The position numbers and the translations under genes are program-made. Positions 49,557 to 59,317 of a stretch of DNA of 59,317 bases are shown here, one piece after another. Source of the DNA: an uncultured bacterium (GTDB lineage: Bacteria > Lernaellota > Lernaellaia > Lernaellales > Lernaellaceae); NCBI GenBank assembly GCA_964511015.1, contig CAZEDX010000020.1, forward strand, positions 1 to 59,317, read 5' to 3'. The notes below the pieces were generated by a model. That model was not told the origin of the DNA. It was given only the letters and a program-made list of their open reading frames with translations, and searched no databases. Positions within the stretch are counted from its first letter, which is position 1, and the number at the start of each line of letters is the position of its first letter.

Positions 49557-49631
49557 GAGCTACTTGTTCCGTCCGTTTGCCGTCGGCATTGATCGGCACT
49601 GAATTGTCTGGTTGCCCAACGGCGATTCTAG

Positions 49632-50498
49632 TCAGGGCTGGCCCTCGCGACAAGCATATAGTTGGTCGGCCAAATAGCTTGAGCGTACCAGCGGCGCCGA
49701 AGCAACGTGCGTAAAACCCAGTTCGCCCGCTCGTGCGCCCCACGCCGCGAACTCCTCCGGGGTCACATAACGAGCCACCGGCAAGCAGACGCGGCGCGGC
49801 TGCAGGTACTGGCCGATGGTCACCGCCTGCACGTTGGCCGCGCGCAAATCGCGCAACAGCGACCAGACCTCATCTTCTTGCTCGCCCAGACCAAGCATGA
49901 AGCCGCTTTTAATCAGGGTATCCGGCCGGCGACGTGCCATTTCGGTCAACACCGCCAAACTGCGCACGTAATTCGCCGCCGGGCGCACGTCGGCATACAA
50001 GCGCGCCACTGTCTCCATATTGTGGTTGAAAACATTGAATGGTGCGTCGTCCAGCGCGGCCAACGCCTCCGCGCTGCCCTGAAAATCCGGCGTCAGAATC
50101 TCGATCGAAGCCTCCGGCAGCACCTGCCGTATCGCACGCACTGTGGCGACGAAGTGGTCGGCTCCGCCCAGCGGCAGGTCGTCGCGCGTAACGCTGGTCA
50201 AGACAACATGCCGCAACGCCAATTCGGCCGCCGCCGCCGCGACCTTCGCCGGTTCCTCTGGGTCGAGCGGCCGCGGCACGCCGTTTTCGACATTGCAAAA
50301 CCGGCAACCGCGATTGCAAACATCGCCCATCAACAAGAATGTGGCGGTCGGCCGCGCAAAACATTCGGCCAGATTGGGACAACGCGCTTCTTCGCAGACC
50401 GTGTGTAACCTCAGGCCGCGCAGCCGCGCCTTGACGCGATGAATTTCCTCGGCACGACGCTTCGGCCGGCGCACCCATGGCGGCAATCGTTCGCTCAT
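49632..50498 (-). CDS. lipA: Lipoyl synthase
   Basis: Refined ATG at 50498. CEEARCPNLAEC auxiliary cluster and radical-SAM CNRGCRFCNV cluster. ATG overlaps the recG stop (ATGA). Confidence 0.85.
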   Translation of the reverse strand: MSERLPPWVRRPKRRAEEIHRVKARLRGLRLHTVCEEARCPNLAECFARPTATFLLMGDVCNRGCRFCNVENGVPRPLDPEEPAKVAAAAAELALRHVVLTSVTRDDLPLGGADHFVATVRAIRQVLPEASIEILTPDFQGSAEALAALDDAPFNVFNHNMETVARLYADVRPAANYVRSLAVLTEMARRRPDTLIKSGFMLGLGEQEDEVWSLLRDLRAANVQAVTIGQYLQPRRVCLPVARYVTPEEFAAWGARAGELGFTHVASAPLVRSSYLADQLYACREGQP

Positions 50499-52579
50499 CC
50501 GGCTCTTTTCCCGCCGAGCAGCCCGCCCCAACGCTGGGTGACGACCATCCGCGTCCAGACGTGCTCCGGCGCCCGCAGTTCAGGGTCGCGCGCCAGTATT
50601 TCACCGGCAGCTTCCCGGGTGGTTTCCAACAAGGCTAGATCATTCATGCTGAATGCGGCAAAACGCAAGGGCGGCGCACCGTGCTGCCGCATCCCGAGCA
50701 GTTCGCCCGGCCCACGCAAACGCAGGTCGGCCTCGGCCACTACGAAACCGTCATTTTCGCTTGCCAGAATCGCCAGGCGGTCGGCGGCCATGGCAGTGCA
50801 GTCATCAGCATGGACCAATAGGCACAAACCCGCCGCCGCGCCGCGCCCAACGCGCCCGCGCAACTGGTGCAATTGGCTCAGGCCGAAGCGTTCGGCGTTT
50901 TCGACCACCAGCGCCACCGCCTGCGGCACATCGACGCCGACTTCGATAATGGTGGTGGCGACCAGCACGTCGATTTCGCCACGGCGAAACGCGTCGATGG
51001 TTTCTTGCCGGGCGCCGGTCTTCATCCGCCCATGCAAGACCGCCAGCCGCATCCCGGCCAGTGGTCCGGCCGCCAATTCGTCGGCCAAGGAGGTGACGCT
51101 GCGTATTTCGTCATCCGCCGCCGCCAATCGCGGACAGACGACATACGCTTGCCCGCCGCCGCTCAGATGTTCCGCTAAGCGGCGGTAGGCTTCCGCCCGG
51201 CGCGCATGCGGCATAATCTCGGTCGCGACGACGCCGCAGCCGGCCGGACGTTCATCAAGGCGCGAGACGTCGAGATCGCCGAATACAGTCAGCGCCATGC
51301 TGCGCGGAATCGGCGTGGCTGACAACACCAATACATCGGGGCTTGGTCCTTTGGCCACGAGACGTGCGCGCTGTCCGACACCGAATTTGTGCTGTTCGTC
51401 AACCACCACCAGTCCGAGGCGTGAGAAGTTGACGCCGCCGGTCAGCAGCGCATGTGTGCCGATGACGACCGCATCGAGTCCGAGCGCAATCCGTTCTTCC
51501 CGCCGGCGTCGTTCACGCGTGTCGAGACCCGAGACGACCAAGGCCGTGTGCACGCCCAGCGGCCCCAACACTTGCTGGAAACGGGCGTGGTGCTGCTGCG
51601 CCAGCACTTCGGTCGGTGCCATGATTGCGGTCTGGCAACCGTTCGCCGCCGCAACAAAGGCGGCCAGCATTGCCAACACGGTTTTGCCGGAACCGACATC
51701 GCCATGTACCAGCCGGTGCATCGGTGCCGGACGCGCCATGTCAGATAGAATCGCATTCACACATTTGTCCTGACCGGCGGTCAGCGCGAACGGCAACGCC
51801 CGGCGAAATGCGGCCAGGTCGGCGCGCACAAGATTAAAAGCGATGCCGTCGTCGGCCTCTGCCAGCCGGCGCCGCAAGAGCACGCCCAATTGGAAAATCA
51901 GCATCTCTTCGAAAATCAGGCTGGCGAGCGGCGGTTGATGAGGATCGAGCAGGGTGTCGGGATCCGCATCGTCGGGCGGCAGGTGCAGTTGGTGCAGCGC
52001 CTGTTCGACCGTCAGCAGCGAACGCTCCTTGGCCAAGGCTGGCGGCACACCGCCTACCCAACCGGCGGCGCATTCCCTCAAGGCACGGGTCATGAGTTTG
52101 CGCCAAGTGCGCTGCCGCATACCCTCGGTTTCGCTATAGACCGGCAGAATGCCCCGTGGCGGTTCCTCGGGCGAGACCACCGAGGCCTCCGGATTCTGCA
52201 TCTGGAGCTCATCGCGGTACATCTTGGTCAGACCGGTGACCAGCACTTGGTCACCGCGCGCGATATCCTGTCCGCCGAAGCCGAACCAGACCACCGGCAG
52301 TTCGCCGGAGTCGTCTCGCACGCGAATCACCCGGCGCCGCAACCAGCCTCGCCCGCCCTGGTTGGCCGCACGCACGACTTTACCGCACACGGTGGCGCGA
52401 TCGCCCTCGTGCAGGTCGGCGATGGGGGTGATGGACCGGCGATCCTGGTAGGCCAGCGGCAAGGTCATCAGCAGGTCTTCGATGGTGCGGATGTCCTTGC
52501 GCAGCAGCATGGCCGCCATGCGCGGACCGACGCCCGGCAGGCTTTCCACCGGTTGAAGATGATCGCTGCGATAGTCCAT
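50495..52579 (-). CDS. recG: ATP-dependent DNA helicase RecG
   Basis: 694 aa. Wedge/OB N-terminal domain, helicase motifs GDVGSGKT, DEQHKFG, SATPIPRS, QLRGRVGRG. Confidence 0.9.
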   Translation of the reverse strand: MDYRSDHLQPVESLPGVGPRMAAMLLRKDIRTIEDLLMTLPLAYQDRRSITPIADLHEGDRATVCGKVVRAANQGGRGWLRRRVIRVRDDSGELPVVWFGFGGQDIARGDQVLVTGLTKMYRDELQMQNPEASVVSPEEPPRGILPVYSETEGMRQRTWRKLMTRALRECAAGWVGGVPPALAKERSLLTVEQALHQLHLPPDDADPDTLLDPHQPPLASLIFEEMLIFQLGVLLRRRLAEADDGIAFNLVRADLAAFRRALPFALTAGQDKCVNAILSDMARPAPMHRLVHGDVGSGKTVLAMLAAFVAAANGCQTAIMAPTEVLAQQHHARFQQVLGPLGVHTALVVSGLDTRERRRREERIALGLDAVVIGTHALLTGGVNFSRLGLVVVDEQHKFGVGQRARLVAKGPSPDVLVLSATPIPRSMALTVFGDLDVSRLDERPAGCGVVATEIMPHARRAEAYRRLAEHLSGGGQAYVVCPRLAAADDEIRSVTSLADELAAGPLAGMRLAVLHGRMKTGARQETIDAFRRGEIDVLVATTIIEVGVDVPQAVALVVENAERFGLSQLHQLRGRVGRGAAAGLCLLVHADDCTAMAADRLAILASENDGFVVAEADLRLRGPGELLGMRQHGAPPLRFAAFSMNDLALLETTREAAGEILARDPELRAPEHVWTRMVVTQRWGGLLGGKRAG

Positions 52580-52594
52580 GGCCCCGCGGACGGG

Positions 52595-53332
52595 CTATTG
52601 CGGCTGCTTCGGACGATGTGGCCGGCGGCGCCCACGCCAATGCTTGCGCCGTCCGGTGCCTGCCGGCCCGGCTCCTTCGTTCTTGTGATGCGGCGACTGT
52701 CCCTGAACCGGCGAACGTTCGCCACCCTCACGCGGCGGACGCGGACCACGGTACCCCTCGCCGCCTTCGCGCGGTTTCGGCGCATCACCCAACGGCCCGC
52801 TGCCGGCATTGAACGCCAAATGATCGCGGTCTAAGGTTTCCTTGCCGCTTTCGGCCGGTGCCGGCTTTTTGGGAGGACGCTGCGGTTGCGGCAACGGCCG
52901 CCGAATCGACCGATGCTTATTTCGCTCGACGCGCAAGCGGTCGAGTTGCGACCGTGTTTCCTGGCGCACCTTGCGTTCCTTGTCGCCGAGCAAATCGGCG
53001 ATCACTGGCGGCGGAGGCGGCAGTTCGCCGCGATCGGGGTTGAGCGCCTGGTCGCCGGCGATCAGAACATCAAGGTTTTCGATCAACCGCAGCGCCTGCT
53101 CCATCGTTTGGCGGCGATTGTTCGGATCGAAAGTTTCGAAGCCGCTGAAGACATTGCGTAGATCGTGCAAGGCGAATTCGGCGGCAATGCGCAGATCCTT
53201 GCGCCGCAACAGGCGAACGACCTGCTCGCGTACCTGCGCGCCGAGATCGGCATGCCGGCGCTGGGCCGGGTCGTCGAGCTGTTCGGTGATCATGTCCCGC
53301 AAGCGGGCGATGGTGATCTTGAAGTCATCCAT
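52595..53332 (-). CDS. Hypothetical protein with structured N-terminal ~120 aa and a disordered Pro/Arg/Gly-rich C-terminus
   Basis: 245 aa. No family recognised. 16 nt upstream of recG, 8-nt overlap with the radical SAM gene. Confidence 0.4.
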   Translation of the reverse strand: MDDFKITIARLRDMITEQLDDPAQRRHADLGAQVREQVVRLLRRKDLRIAAEFALHDLRNVFSGFETFDPNNRRQTMEQALRLIENLDVLIAGDQALNPDRGELPPPPPVIADLLGDKERKVRQETRSQLDRLRVERNKHRSIRRPLPQPQRPPKKPAPAESGKETLDRDHLAFNAGSGPLGDAPKPREGGEGYRGPRPPREGGERSPVQGQSPHHKNEGAGPAGTGRRKHWRGRRRPHRPKQPQ

Positions 53333-54245
53333 CGATTTGCCTCCATCCTTGCCTCAAGCCAAGGCGTTGCAGCATGCGCTCGGTGCGTCGTTTTTCGCCC
53401 GCATGCAGGTGTCGTTGCAGCCCTTTTTTATCATGCGCGCGATACGCTGGAAAGTATTGAGTCATCAACGCCAGCGGCACGTCCGGGCCGAACCGGCGCC
53501 GAATGCCTCGCAGTACCAACCGCGATTCGTCAAGACGTTCAGGCAACACCAGATGGCGAATCAAGACGCCCCGCGTCGCCAGACCGTCAGGGCCAATTTG
53601 CAGCGGGCCGGCATGATCGAGCATCCAGCCTACGGCCCGCCAGGCGACGGCCGGCAGTCGGCTCGCACCGGAAATGGACCGCGCGGTGCGAGGCGAAACG
53701 TATTTGATATCGGGCAGCCAGATTTCGACAAACGTCGAAACCAATTCCAACGTTGCAATTCGTTCGAAGCCGTTGGTATTGGCCAGCACCGGAATGGTCA
53801 GTCCGCGATCGCGCGCCACATAAACCGCTGCGGCGATCTGCGGCCAATAGTGCGTCGGATTGACCAGGTTGATGTTGTGCACGCCTTGTCTTTGCAGGCG
53901 CAACATCCGATCGGCCAGCGTGTCGACAGTTAGGGTTTCACCGACGCCTTGTTGGCTGATTGGCCAGTTTTGGCAGAATACGCACTTCAGCGTGCAATGG
54001 CTAAGGAAAACCGTGCCGGAGCCTTGCTCGCCGCTGATCGGCGGTTCCTCGCCGCGATGGACATTGGTGGAGGCGACTTCCGGCAACAGTTTCGCGCCAC
54101 AAGCGCCCCGTTCGCCTGCGGTGCGGTCGGCGCCGCATTCACGTGGGCAGACCCGGCAGCCGGACAACAAGGCATAAAGCCGCCGCACGGCCGCGAGCGA
54201 AGAAGATGCCTGGCCGCGGTCAGAACTGGTAGAACTGGGTCGCAT
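53325..54245 (-). CDS. Radical SAM protein, PflX/YjjW-like activase family
   Basis: 306 aa. N-terminal CRVCPRECGADRTAGERGACG (PflX-type Cys motif) and CTLKCVFCQNW (CxxxCxxC radical-SAM cluster). Confidence 0.7.
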   Translation of the reverse strand: MRPSSTSSDRGQASSSLAAVRRLYALLSGCRVCPRECGADRTAGERGACGAKLLPEVASTNVHRGEEPPISGEQGSGTVFLSHCTLKCVFCQNWPISQQGVGETLTVDTLADRMLRLQRQGVHNINLVNPTHYWPQIAAAVYVARDRGLTIPVLANTNGFERIATLELVSTFVEIWLPDIKYVSPRTARSISGASRLPAVAWRAVGWMLDHAGPLQIGPDGLATRGVLIRHLVLPERLDESRLVLRGIRRRFGPDVPLALMTQYFPAYRAHDKKGLQRHLHAGEKRRTERMLQRLGLRQGWRQIDG

Positions 54246-54843
54246 CGATGTGCTTATAGCGGTCAGCTTTGAGTCGGCGAATCGCCAGATCGCGCAACAG
54301 TACTCGCTGACCGTCCAGATCGTCGGCGGGAATCTGTTTAAGGCGTTTGACGATTAGCTTGGTAGCCGCCGGCGGGTGGAAAACATAACCCCGGGTGAAA
54401 CACCAACCGCCTTGGAACGGAATCAGCCGCGCCTCGAACACCTGGCCCTTGGTAAAAGCGGCCGGCAGTTCGTCGGCCACGAAGTACTTTTTCTTGGTCA
54501 TCAGATCGCGCAAATATACGCCGTTCTTCTTGGTTTTGCGCACCAGAAAAAGATTGTGCACGCCTTCGGCAAAACCCTCGTAGACCGCCAGATCCTCCGG
54601 AGAAAGCTTTTCTCGCCGGCGGTCGACAAACGTGTGCAACAAGGTCTTGCCGGTTGGGGGCAAAATACGCTCAAAAAGAAACCAGTCGAGAAAGCGGTCG
54701 AGGTGGGCTTCGAACGACTCCTCGGTGTCCGAGATACGCCCCAAGGCGGCGAAGTATTCCACTCGCGCGGCAATCAATTCGCCATGGAACGACTCGTCCG
54801 CAAAGCGTTGCAGTTCATCCAGATACGCTTCGATGGTCATCAC
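54220..54843 (-). CDS. Hypothetical protein (207 aa) between pyrC and the radical SAM gene
   Basis: No family recognised. 4-nt overlap with the pyrC stop. Confidence 0.4.
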   Translation of the reverse strand: MMTIEAYLDELQRFADESFHGELIAARVEYFAALGRISDTEESFEAHLDRFLDWFLFERILPPTGKTLLHTFVDRRREKLSPEDLAVYEGFAEGVHNLFLVRKTKKNGVYLRDLMTKKKYFVADELPAAFTKGQVFEARLIPFQGGWCFTRGYVFHPPAATKLIVKRLKQIPADDLDGQRVLLRDLAIRRLKADRYKHIDATQFYQF

Positions 54844-56123
54844 TTACCCGTGAACACGATTTTGCCGTCGACGATCGTATGGCGGACGCGGCCCGGCAGT
54901 TCCCAGCCGACGAAGGGGCTGTTCTTTGACTTCGACCGGATCACCTCTTCGTTGTAAACAAAGGTATGGTCGGGGTCGAAGATGCAGACATCGGCCGGCC
55001 GGCCGGGGGCCAGCGTACCTCCCGGCAGGCGCAGTACGCGCGCCGGCGCGGCGGTGAGCATCTCGATCACGCGCGACAGCGACAGCACACCCGTGCGGAC
55101 CTGCAACAGCGCCAGCCCTAACGCGGTTTCCAGACCGATCATGCCATTGGCGGCCTTGTCGAACTCGATCTGCTTCAGCAGGATGCCGTGCGGAGCGTGG
55201 TCGGTGGCGATGGCGTCGATCGTCCCATCGGCCATTCCCTTGAGCAGCGCCGCACGGTCGGCGCGCGTGCGCAGCGGCGGAGCGACCTTGCAAGTCGTTG
55301 CATAGTCACCAACATCTTCGTCGACCAAGGTGAAATGATGTGGTGTCACTTCGCAAGTGACCGGCACCTTCTTTTTCTTGGCCCAGCGTATCAGTTCGAC
55401 CGACGTCCCGCTGCTCACGTGTTGGATGTGCAATCGGCAACCGGTCAATTTGGCCAACAGAATGTCGCGCGCCACGATCACCTCTTCGGAAACCCCGGGA
55501 ATGCCTGGCAGACCGAGTTCGGTGCTGGTGAAATCCTCGTGCATGGCGCCGTCGGCCACGAGGTTCTCGTCCTCGGCGTGCACGAGCACTGGCATGTCGT
55601 ATTGGTGCGCGATTTCGAAAATGCGCCGTTGCATCTCGGCGTTCATCACGCAATGGCCGTCGTCGGAATAGCCGACCACGCCCGCGCTCTTGAGTTCCCC
55701 CAGGTCGGCCATCGCCTGTCCCTGCAGACCGATGGTGGTGGCCCCGATTGGATAAACACGGCACAGCGCATCGCGGGCTTTGGCCAGAATGTAGCCGGTC
55801 ACCGTCTGGTTGTCGTTGACCGGATTGGTGTTGGCCATGCAGATGATCGATGAGAAACCGCCGGCCACCGCGGCCTGTGAACCGGTCAAGATCGTTTCCT
55901 TTCCTTCATAACCCGGCTCGCGCAGATGCACGTGCATGTCGATCAGCCCCGGCGTTACTACGCAACCGGAAGCATCGATCACCCGGCCGCGACTCCTTGC
56001 TGGCCGGCCCTTTTTGTGTGGCACGATCTTTTCGACGACCTTGCCGTCGAGTACGACGTCATACAGGCCGTCCAGGTTCTGCGCCGGGTCAATCACCCGA
56101 CCGCCGGCAATGATCGTTTTCAA
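54840..56123 (-). CDS. pyrC: Dihydroorotase
   Basis: 427 aa. [14 protein letters not shown] metal-binding signature, amidohydrolase fold. Sits directly after pyrB with a 4-nt overlap. Confidence 0.8.
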   Translation of the reverse strand: MKTIIAGGRVIDPAQNLDGLYDVVLDGKVVEKIVPHKKGRPARSRGRVIDASGCVVTPGLIDMHVHLREPGYEGKETILTGSQAAVAGGFSSIICMANTNPVNDNQTVTGYILAKARDALCRVYPIGATTIGLQGQAMADLGELKSAGVVGYSDDGHCVMNAEMQRRIFEIAHQYDMPVLVHAEDENLVADGAMHEDFTSTELGLPGIPGVSEEVIVARDILLAKLTGCRLHIQHVSSGTSVELIRWAKKKKVPVTCEVTPHHFTLVDEDVGDYATTCKVAPPLRTRADRAALLKGMADGTIDAIATDHAPHGILLKQIEFDKAANGMIGLETALGLALLQVRTGVLSLSRVIEMLTAAPARVLRLPGGTLAPGRPADVCIFDPDHTFVYNEEVIRSKSKNSPFVGWELPGRVRHTIVDGKIVFTGK

Positions 56124-57043
56124 CTTCCACCCCCGGTGACCAGGTACAGCAGCGCCATGCGCACCGCCACGCCGTTGGTAACCTGGTTCAGAATGCGCGA
56201 CCGTTCGGAATCGGCCACGAGCGGGTCAATTTCCACCCCCCGGTTGATCGGACCTGGGTGCATAATGAATGCGTCTTTCTTAGCCAGCCGCACTCGTTGT
56301 TCGTTCAGACCGAAGAAGCGACTGTATTCGCGCGAGCTGGAAAACAGCGGCCGTCCCTGCCGTTCGAGCTGAATGCGCAGCATCATGATGACGTCGACGC
56401 CACGCAATGCGTCCTCGATGGTCGGGGTCAGCGTAACCCCCAATCGCTCGATCCCCGGCGGGATCATGGTCGCCGGTCCGGAAACGCGCACCTTAGCGCC
56501 CATCCGGGTCAGGCCATGAATGTTTGAACGGGCCACGCGGCTGTGCGCGATATCGCCAAGAATGGCCACTTCCAGCCCCGCCAATCCCCCTTTTTCGTCG
56601 CGGATCATCAGCATGTCGAGCAAGGCCTGGCTGGGATGCTCATGGGCGCCGTCGCCGGCGTTAATCACACCCGGTTTGATCATTTTGGCCAGCATGTGCG
56701 GCGCGCCAGCGCTGCTGTGGCGCACGACGATCACGTCCGGATGCATCGCTTCGATGTTCTTGACCGTGTCGATGAAGGTTTCGCCTTTGCCGACCGAACT
56801 CTCCGCCGCCACGAAGTTGACCGTGTCGGCGCTGAGGCGCTTGGCCGCGATTTCGAAGCTGGTGCGCGTTCGGGTCGATTTCTCGTAGAACAGATTGACC
56901 ACCGTGTGACCTTGGAGCGTGGGCACCTTCTTCCGCTTGCGTGTCGCAATGTCGCGGAAGCTGTCGGCGGTGTCCAGAATCAGGTTGATTTCTTCCACGC
57001 TCAGGTCTTTCAAGCCGAGGATGTCTTTGCGGTTCAGTTTCAT
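56120..57043 (-). CDS. pyrB: Aspartate carbamoyltransferase catalytic subunit
   Basis: 307 aa. STRTR carbamoyl-phosphate motif ([11 protein letters not shown]), HPxQ (HPSQAL), HPGP ([13 protein letters not shown]). Confidence 0.9.
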   Translation of the reverse strand: MKLNRKDILGLKDLSVEEINLILDTADSFRDIATRKRKKVPTLQGHTVVNLFYEKSTRTRTSFEIAAKRLSADTVNFVAAESSVGKGETFIDTVKNIEAMHPDVIVVRHSSAGAPHMLAKMIKPGVINAGDGAHEHPSQALLDMLMIRDEKGGLAGLEVAILGDIAHSRVARSNIHGLTRMGAKVRVSGPATMIPPGIERLGVTLTPTIEDALRGVDVIMMLRIQLERQGRPLFSSSREYSRFFGLNEQRVRLAKKDAFIMHPGPINRGVEIDPLVADSERSRILNQVTNGVAVRMALLYLVTGGGS

Positions 57044-57606
57044 GACTGCCCCTCCTCCGGCTCCACGTTCAAGAACACTTCGACCTTGTCGGCGCGGCTC
57101 CTTTTCTCGCCGACATGCACCGTGACTTTTTCATCACGATCGGTGTCTAGCACCTGGCCGACGAAATCCGGTTGGATCGGCAACTCCCGATGGCCACGAT
57201 CGACCAGCACCGCCACCCGAATGCAGGACGGCCGACCATAGTCCATCACCGCGTCCATCGCCGCGCGGATGGTGCGACCGGTAAACAGCACATCGTCAAC
57301 CAGCACAATGCATTTGTCGGTGACATCGAAATCAATTTCGGTCTTCATCAACACCGGCTTGTGACCGGAAGAAATGTCGTCGCGGTAGAGGGTGATGTCG
57401 ATCATGCCGACCGGCACGTTGATTCCTTCGGAATCCTTCATCTGCTGGGCGATGCGCATAGTGGGACCCACACCCCCGGCACGGATACCGATCAGCGCGA
57501 TGCGTTCAAGATCGCCGCCGCGCTCAAGAATTTCCGCCGCAATACGATGCAACGCCCGCTCAATACGGTCGGGGGTCATCACCGTTCGTCGATGGACTAG
57601 CGACAT
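57040..57606 (-). CDS. pyrR: Bifunctional pyrimidine operon regulator / uracil phosphoribosyltransferase PyrR
   Basis: Refined ATG at 57606 gives 188 aa. Aligns with B. subtilis PyrR ([40 protein letters not shown]). ORF-track start 57690 is an extension through the putative promoter. Confidence 0.8.
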   Translation of the reverse strand: MSLVHRRTVMTPDRIERALHRIAAEILERGGDLERIALIGIRAGGVGPTMRIAQQMKDSEGINVPVGMIDITLYRDDISSGHKPVLMKTEIDFDVTDKCIVLVDDVLFTGRTIRAAMDAVMDYGRPSCIRVAVLVDRGHRELPIQPDFVGQVLDTDRDEKVTVHVGEKRSRADKVEVFLNVEPEEGQS

Positions 57607-57661
57607 GTGAGCATCCCGGTGAGTTGATAAGGGAAAATCTTGACTTTTCGAGCCGGTCGCG

Positions 57662-57690
57662 ATCTTAACACCGCCAATATGTAGAGTCAA
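57662..57690 (-). promoter_or_regulatory. Putative sigma-70-like promoter for pyrR-pyrB-pyrC
   Basis: On the minus strand, TTGACT (57690..57685), 17-nt spacer, TAAGAT (57667..57662), about 55 nt upstream of the refined pyrR ATG. Confidence 0.35.
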
Positions 57691-57768
57691 TCAGTTCGCC
57701 GTGCCCCCACCGCTGGTAGCAACCACTTTTACCAATCGGCACCAAAGCTCGGTATTTACGTTGTTTTT

Positions 57769-58881
57769 TCAGGCAGATAGGGGCCCTTTGCGGTCGGCCG
57801 ACTGCAACACGTGGTCGAGTTGACCTTCCCGCAATAGGCGGATGAACACGTCAACGACTTCAGGCAGGAAGTGGGCGCCCTTTTCTTCCTCGAGTCTGCG
57901 CACCGATTGGTCGATGTCCATGGCGTCGCGGTAAGATCGGTCGCTGGTCATTGCGTCGAAGGCATCCGCCACGGTCAGAATGCCTGTGAGCAGGTCCAAT
58001 TGTTCGGCGCGCAGACCCCGGGGGTAACCGCGTCCGTCGGGCCGTTCGTGGTGCTTGCGAATAATATCGATTTCCCATTCCAGAAAGCGCAGCGGCTCGA
58101 GAATCTGGGCGGCGATTTCGGGATGCCGTCGCATAGCCAGCCATTCCTCTTGTTCCAGCTCGCCGGGTTTGTCGATGTACGAGATCTCGACGACCAGTTT
58201 GCCGATATCGTGCAGCATGCTCGCGCGGCGCAGGATCTTCAGATCGCGTTTGGACAGGCCCATCGTCTCGCCGATGATCAGCGAATAGCGGGTCACCCGT
58301 TCCGAATGGCCGGCGGTCTTAGGGTGCTTGGCTTCGATGGTCCGGGTTAGCGTACTCATCACACTGACGTAAATCTCCTCCATCTCCCGCGATTTCTGTT
58401 CCAACTCGCGATTTTTCTGTTCGAGCTCGAGTATCTTCTCTTCCAGCCGATCGACCAGCTTCTGGCTGTAGGCCTTGAGATAGTGACGCTGATCGGAATC
58501 GGTGACTTCGTCGCGGTGTCCGCCCAGGTACTGCTCAATGGCGTCGACAAAGGTGTCGGGATTGATTGGCTTCTGCATATAGCCATCGCAACCGGCAACT
58601 AGGCTTCGTTCGCGGTCGCCCTTCATGACATTCGCCGTCAGCGCGACGATCGGAGTATTGGCCAGGGCTTCGATGGCTTTGATCTTGGTGGTCGCTTCGT
58701 AACCGTCCATTCCAGGGATGTTGATGTCCATGATGATCAGATCAGGCTTTTCCTCAATCGCCACCCGGACACCGGCGATGCCGTCTTCAGCTTCAAGAAC
58801 AACGTAACCGGCGCTCTCCAACAAACGGCGCACCAGCAGCTTGTTCTCGAAGTTGTCCTCGATATAGAGAATCCGTTTCAT
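57769..58881 (-). CDS. Response regulator with REC, coiled-coil and HD-GYP domains
   Basis: 370 aa. REC (ILYIEDNFENKLLVRRLL...DLIIMDINIPGMDG), HD-GYP (HDIGK, HHERPDGRGYP). ATG overlaps the upstream histidine kinase stop. Confidence 0.8.
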   Translation of the reverse strand: MKRILYIEDNFENKLLVRRLLESAGYVVLEAEDGIAGVRVAIEEKPDLIIMDINIPGMDGYEATTKIKAIEALANTPIVALTANVMKGDRERSLVAGCDGYMQKPINPDTFVDAIEQYLGGHRDEVTDSDQRHYLKAYSQKLVDRLEEKILELEQKNRELEQKSREMEEIYVSVMSTLTRTIEAKHPKTAGHSERVTRYSLIIGETMGLSKRDLKILRRASMLHDIGKLVVEISYIDKPGELEQEEWLAMRRHPEIAAQILEPLRFLEWEIDIIRKHHERPDGRGYPRGLRAEQLDLLTGILTVADAFDAMTSDRSYRDAMDIDQSVRRLEEEKGAHFLPEVVDVFIRLLREGQLDHVLQSADRKGPLSA

Positions 58882-59317
58882 CCGGTTTTGACCTTTGTTG
58901 TCGTGTTCATGGCGGCAGGATCTTGAATCAACGGGATCGCGATGTGGAACGTAGAACCGACGCCCTCTGTACTTGTCACCCAGATCCTACCGTTGTGCAT
59001 CTCAACAAACTTCTTGCTGATCGTCAATCCAAGTCCGGTGCCGCCTTGCGCGCGAGCCGTGCCGGAGTCAAGTTGCTGGAATTGTTCGAACGCCTTTTCG
59101 ATCTTGTCCTGCGGAATACCGACCCCGCAGTCGGTTACGGCGACATAGAAGAGGCTGCGATCAGCCTTGCTCGAAAGCGTGATCTGTCCCTTTTCGCTGA
59201 ATTTGATGGCGTTGCTGACCAAATTGAGCAGCACCTGCTTGATGCGGATCTTGTCGGCGTAAACTGTCGGCAAGTGCGTTTCTAGCTGGGTGACGATCTT
59301 CAGCGGCTTTTCCTTGA
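58878..59317 (-). CDS. Sensor histidine kinase, C-terminal HATPase_c portion (gene runs off the window end)
   Basis: N-box/G-box motifs (VLLNLVSNAIKF, DCGVGIP, GGTGLGLTISKKFVEMHNGRIWV). The frame is open to the window edge. Confidence 0.6.
   Translation of the reverse strand, partial: KEKPLKIVTQLETHLPTVYADKIRIKQVLLNLVSNAIKFSEKGQITLSSKADRSLFYVAVTDCGVGIPQDKIEKAFEQFQQLDSGTARAQGGTGLGLTISKKFVEMHNGRIWVTSTEGVGSTFHIAIPLIQDPAAMNTTTKVKTG

Noticed and set aside
54220-54843. 207-aa protein next to the PflX-like radical SAM enzyme as an AMMECR1 or small glycyl-radical (GrcA-like) partner
   Set aside because: Lacks the AMMECR1 RGCIG motif and the glycyl-radical RVSGY motif.
57607-57690. Upstream extension of pyrR to the alternative start at 57690
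   Set aside because: Alignment with B. subtilis PyrR begins near [10 protein letters not shown]. The ATG at 57606 gives the expected ~188 aa. The extension would run through a promoter-like TTGACT-N17-TAAGAT.

Overview
High-GC (~63%) chromosomal segment from a Gram-negative bacterium. Gram-negative status follows from the BamB/YfgM pair, an OmpA-family protein and lipobox lipoproteins. Most of the window is densely packed housekeeping genes in long co-directional arrays with 1- and 4-nt start/stop overlaps, in this order: a DHH-like partial gene, xerD, an amidase, mutS, an M18 aminopeptidase, a patatin-like phospholipase, small zinc-ribbon proteins, selA; then an SPFH/SHOCT protein, a GT2, lipB, a carbamoyltransferase; a class IV aminotransferase, an OmpA-family protein, a PKD/metallophosphoesterase; rplU-rpmA-obg-manC; a V4R sensor-domain protein; tRNA-Lys(CUU); a lipoprotein plus a CPBP intramembrane protease; a REC-HD-GYP regulator; a ThiI-like PP-loop enzyme-tlyA-dxs-xseB; a GH92-GH1-GH31 glycoside hydrolase cluster; a decayed patch with an IS200/RAYT transposase fragment and a beta-helix gene fragment; yfgM-bamB; a six-gene overlapping operon (ldcA-serine hydrolase-mpl-DHH-like-apbE-membrane protein); lipA-recG-(unknown)-radical SAM-(unknown)-pyrC-pyrB-pyrR; a second REC-HD-GYP regulator and a partial histidine kinase. 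The most notable finding is that two adjacent minus-strand ORFs (15828..16160 and 16185..16619) are one gene interrupted by an in-frame TGA. The TGA sits exactly at the first redox position of a TlpA/ResA-type thioredoxin motif (W-U-P-Y-C). A perfect 7-bp hairpin lies 16 nt downstream (SECIS-like), and selA is 6 kb away. This is a selenocysteine-containing thiol:disulfide oxidoreductase lipoprotein that ORF callers would miss. Other notable points: a Cys-containing C-terminal tripartite sorting signal (MYXO-CTERM-like) on the PKD/metallophosphoesterase, with a CPBP-family protease 6 kb away as a candidate processing enzyme; poly-Asp linkers right after the lipobox Cys in two unrelated lipoproteins; and an unusual operon that fuses peptidoglycan-recycling enzymes with an ApbE flavin transferase. 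Several ORF-track starts are over-extended because the track accepts alternative start codons; refined starts are given where the sequence supports them.
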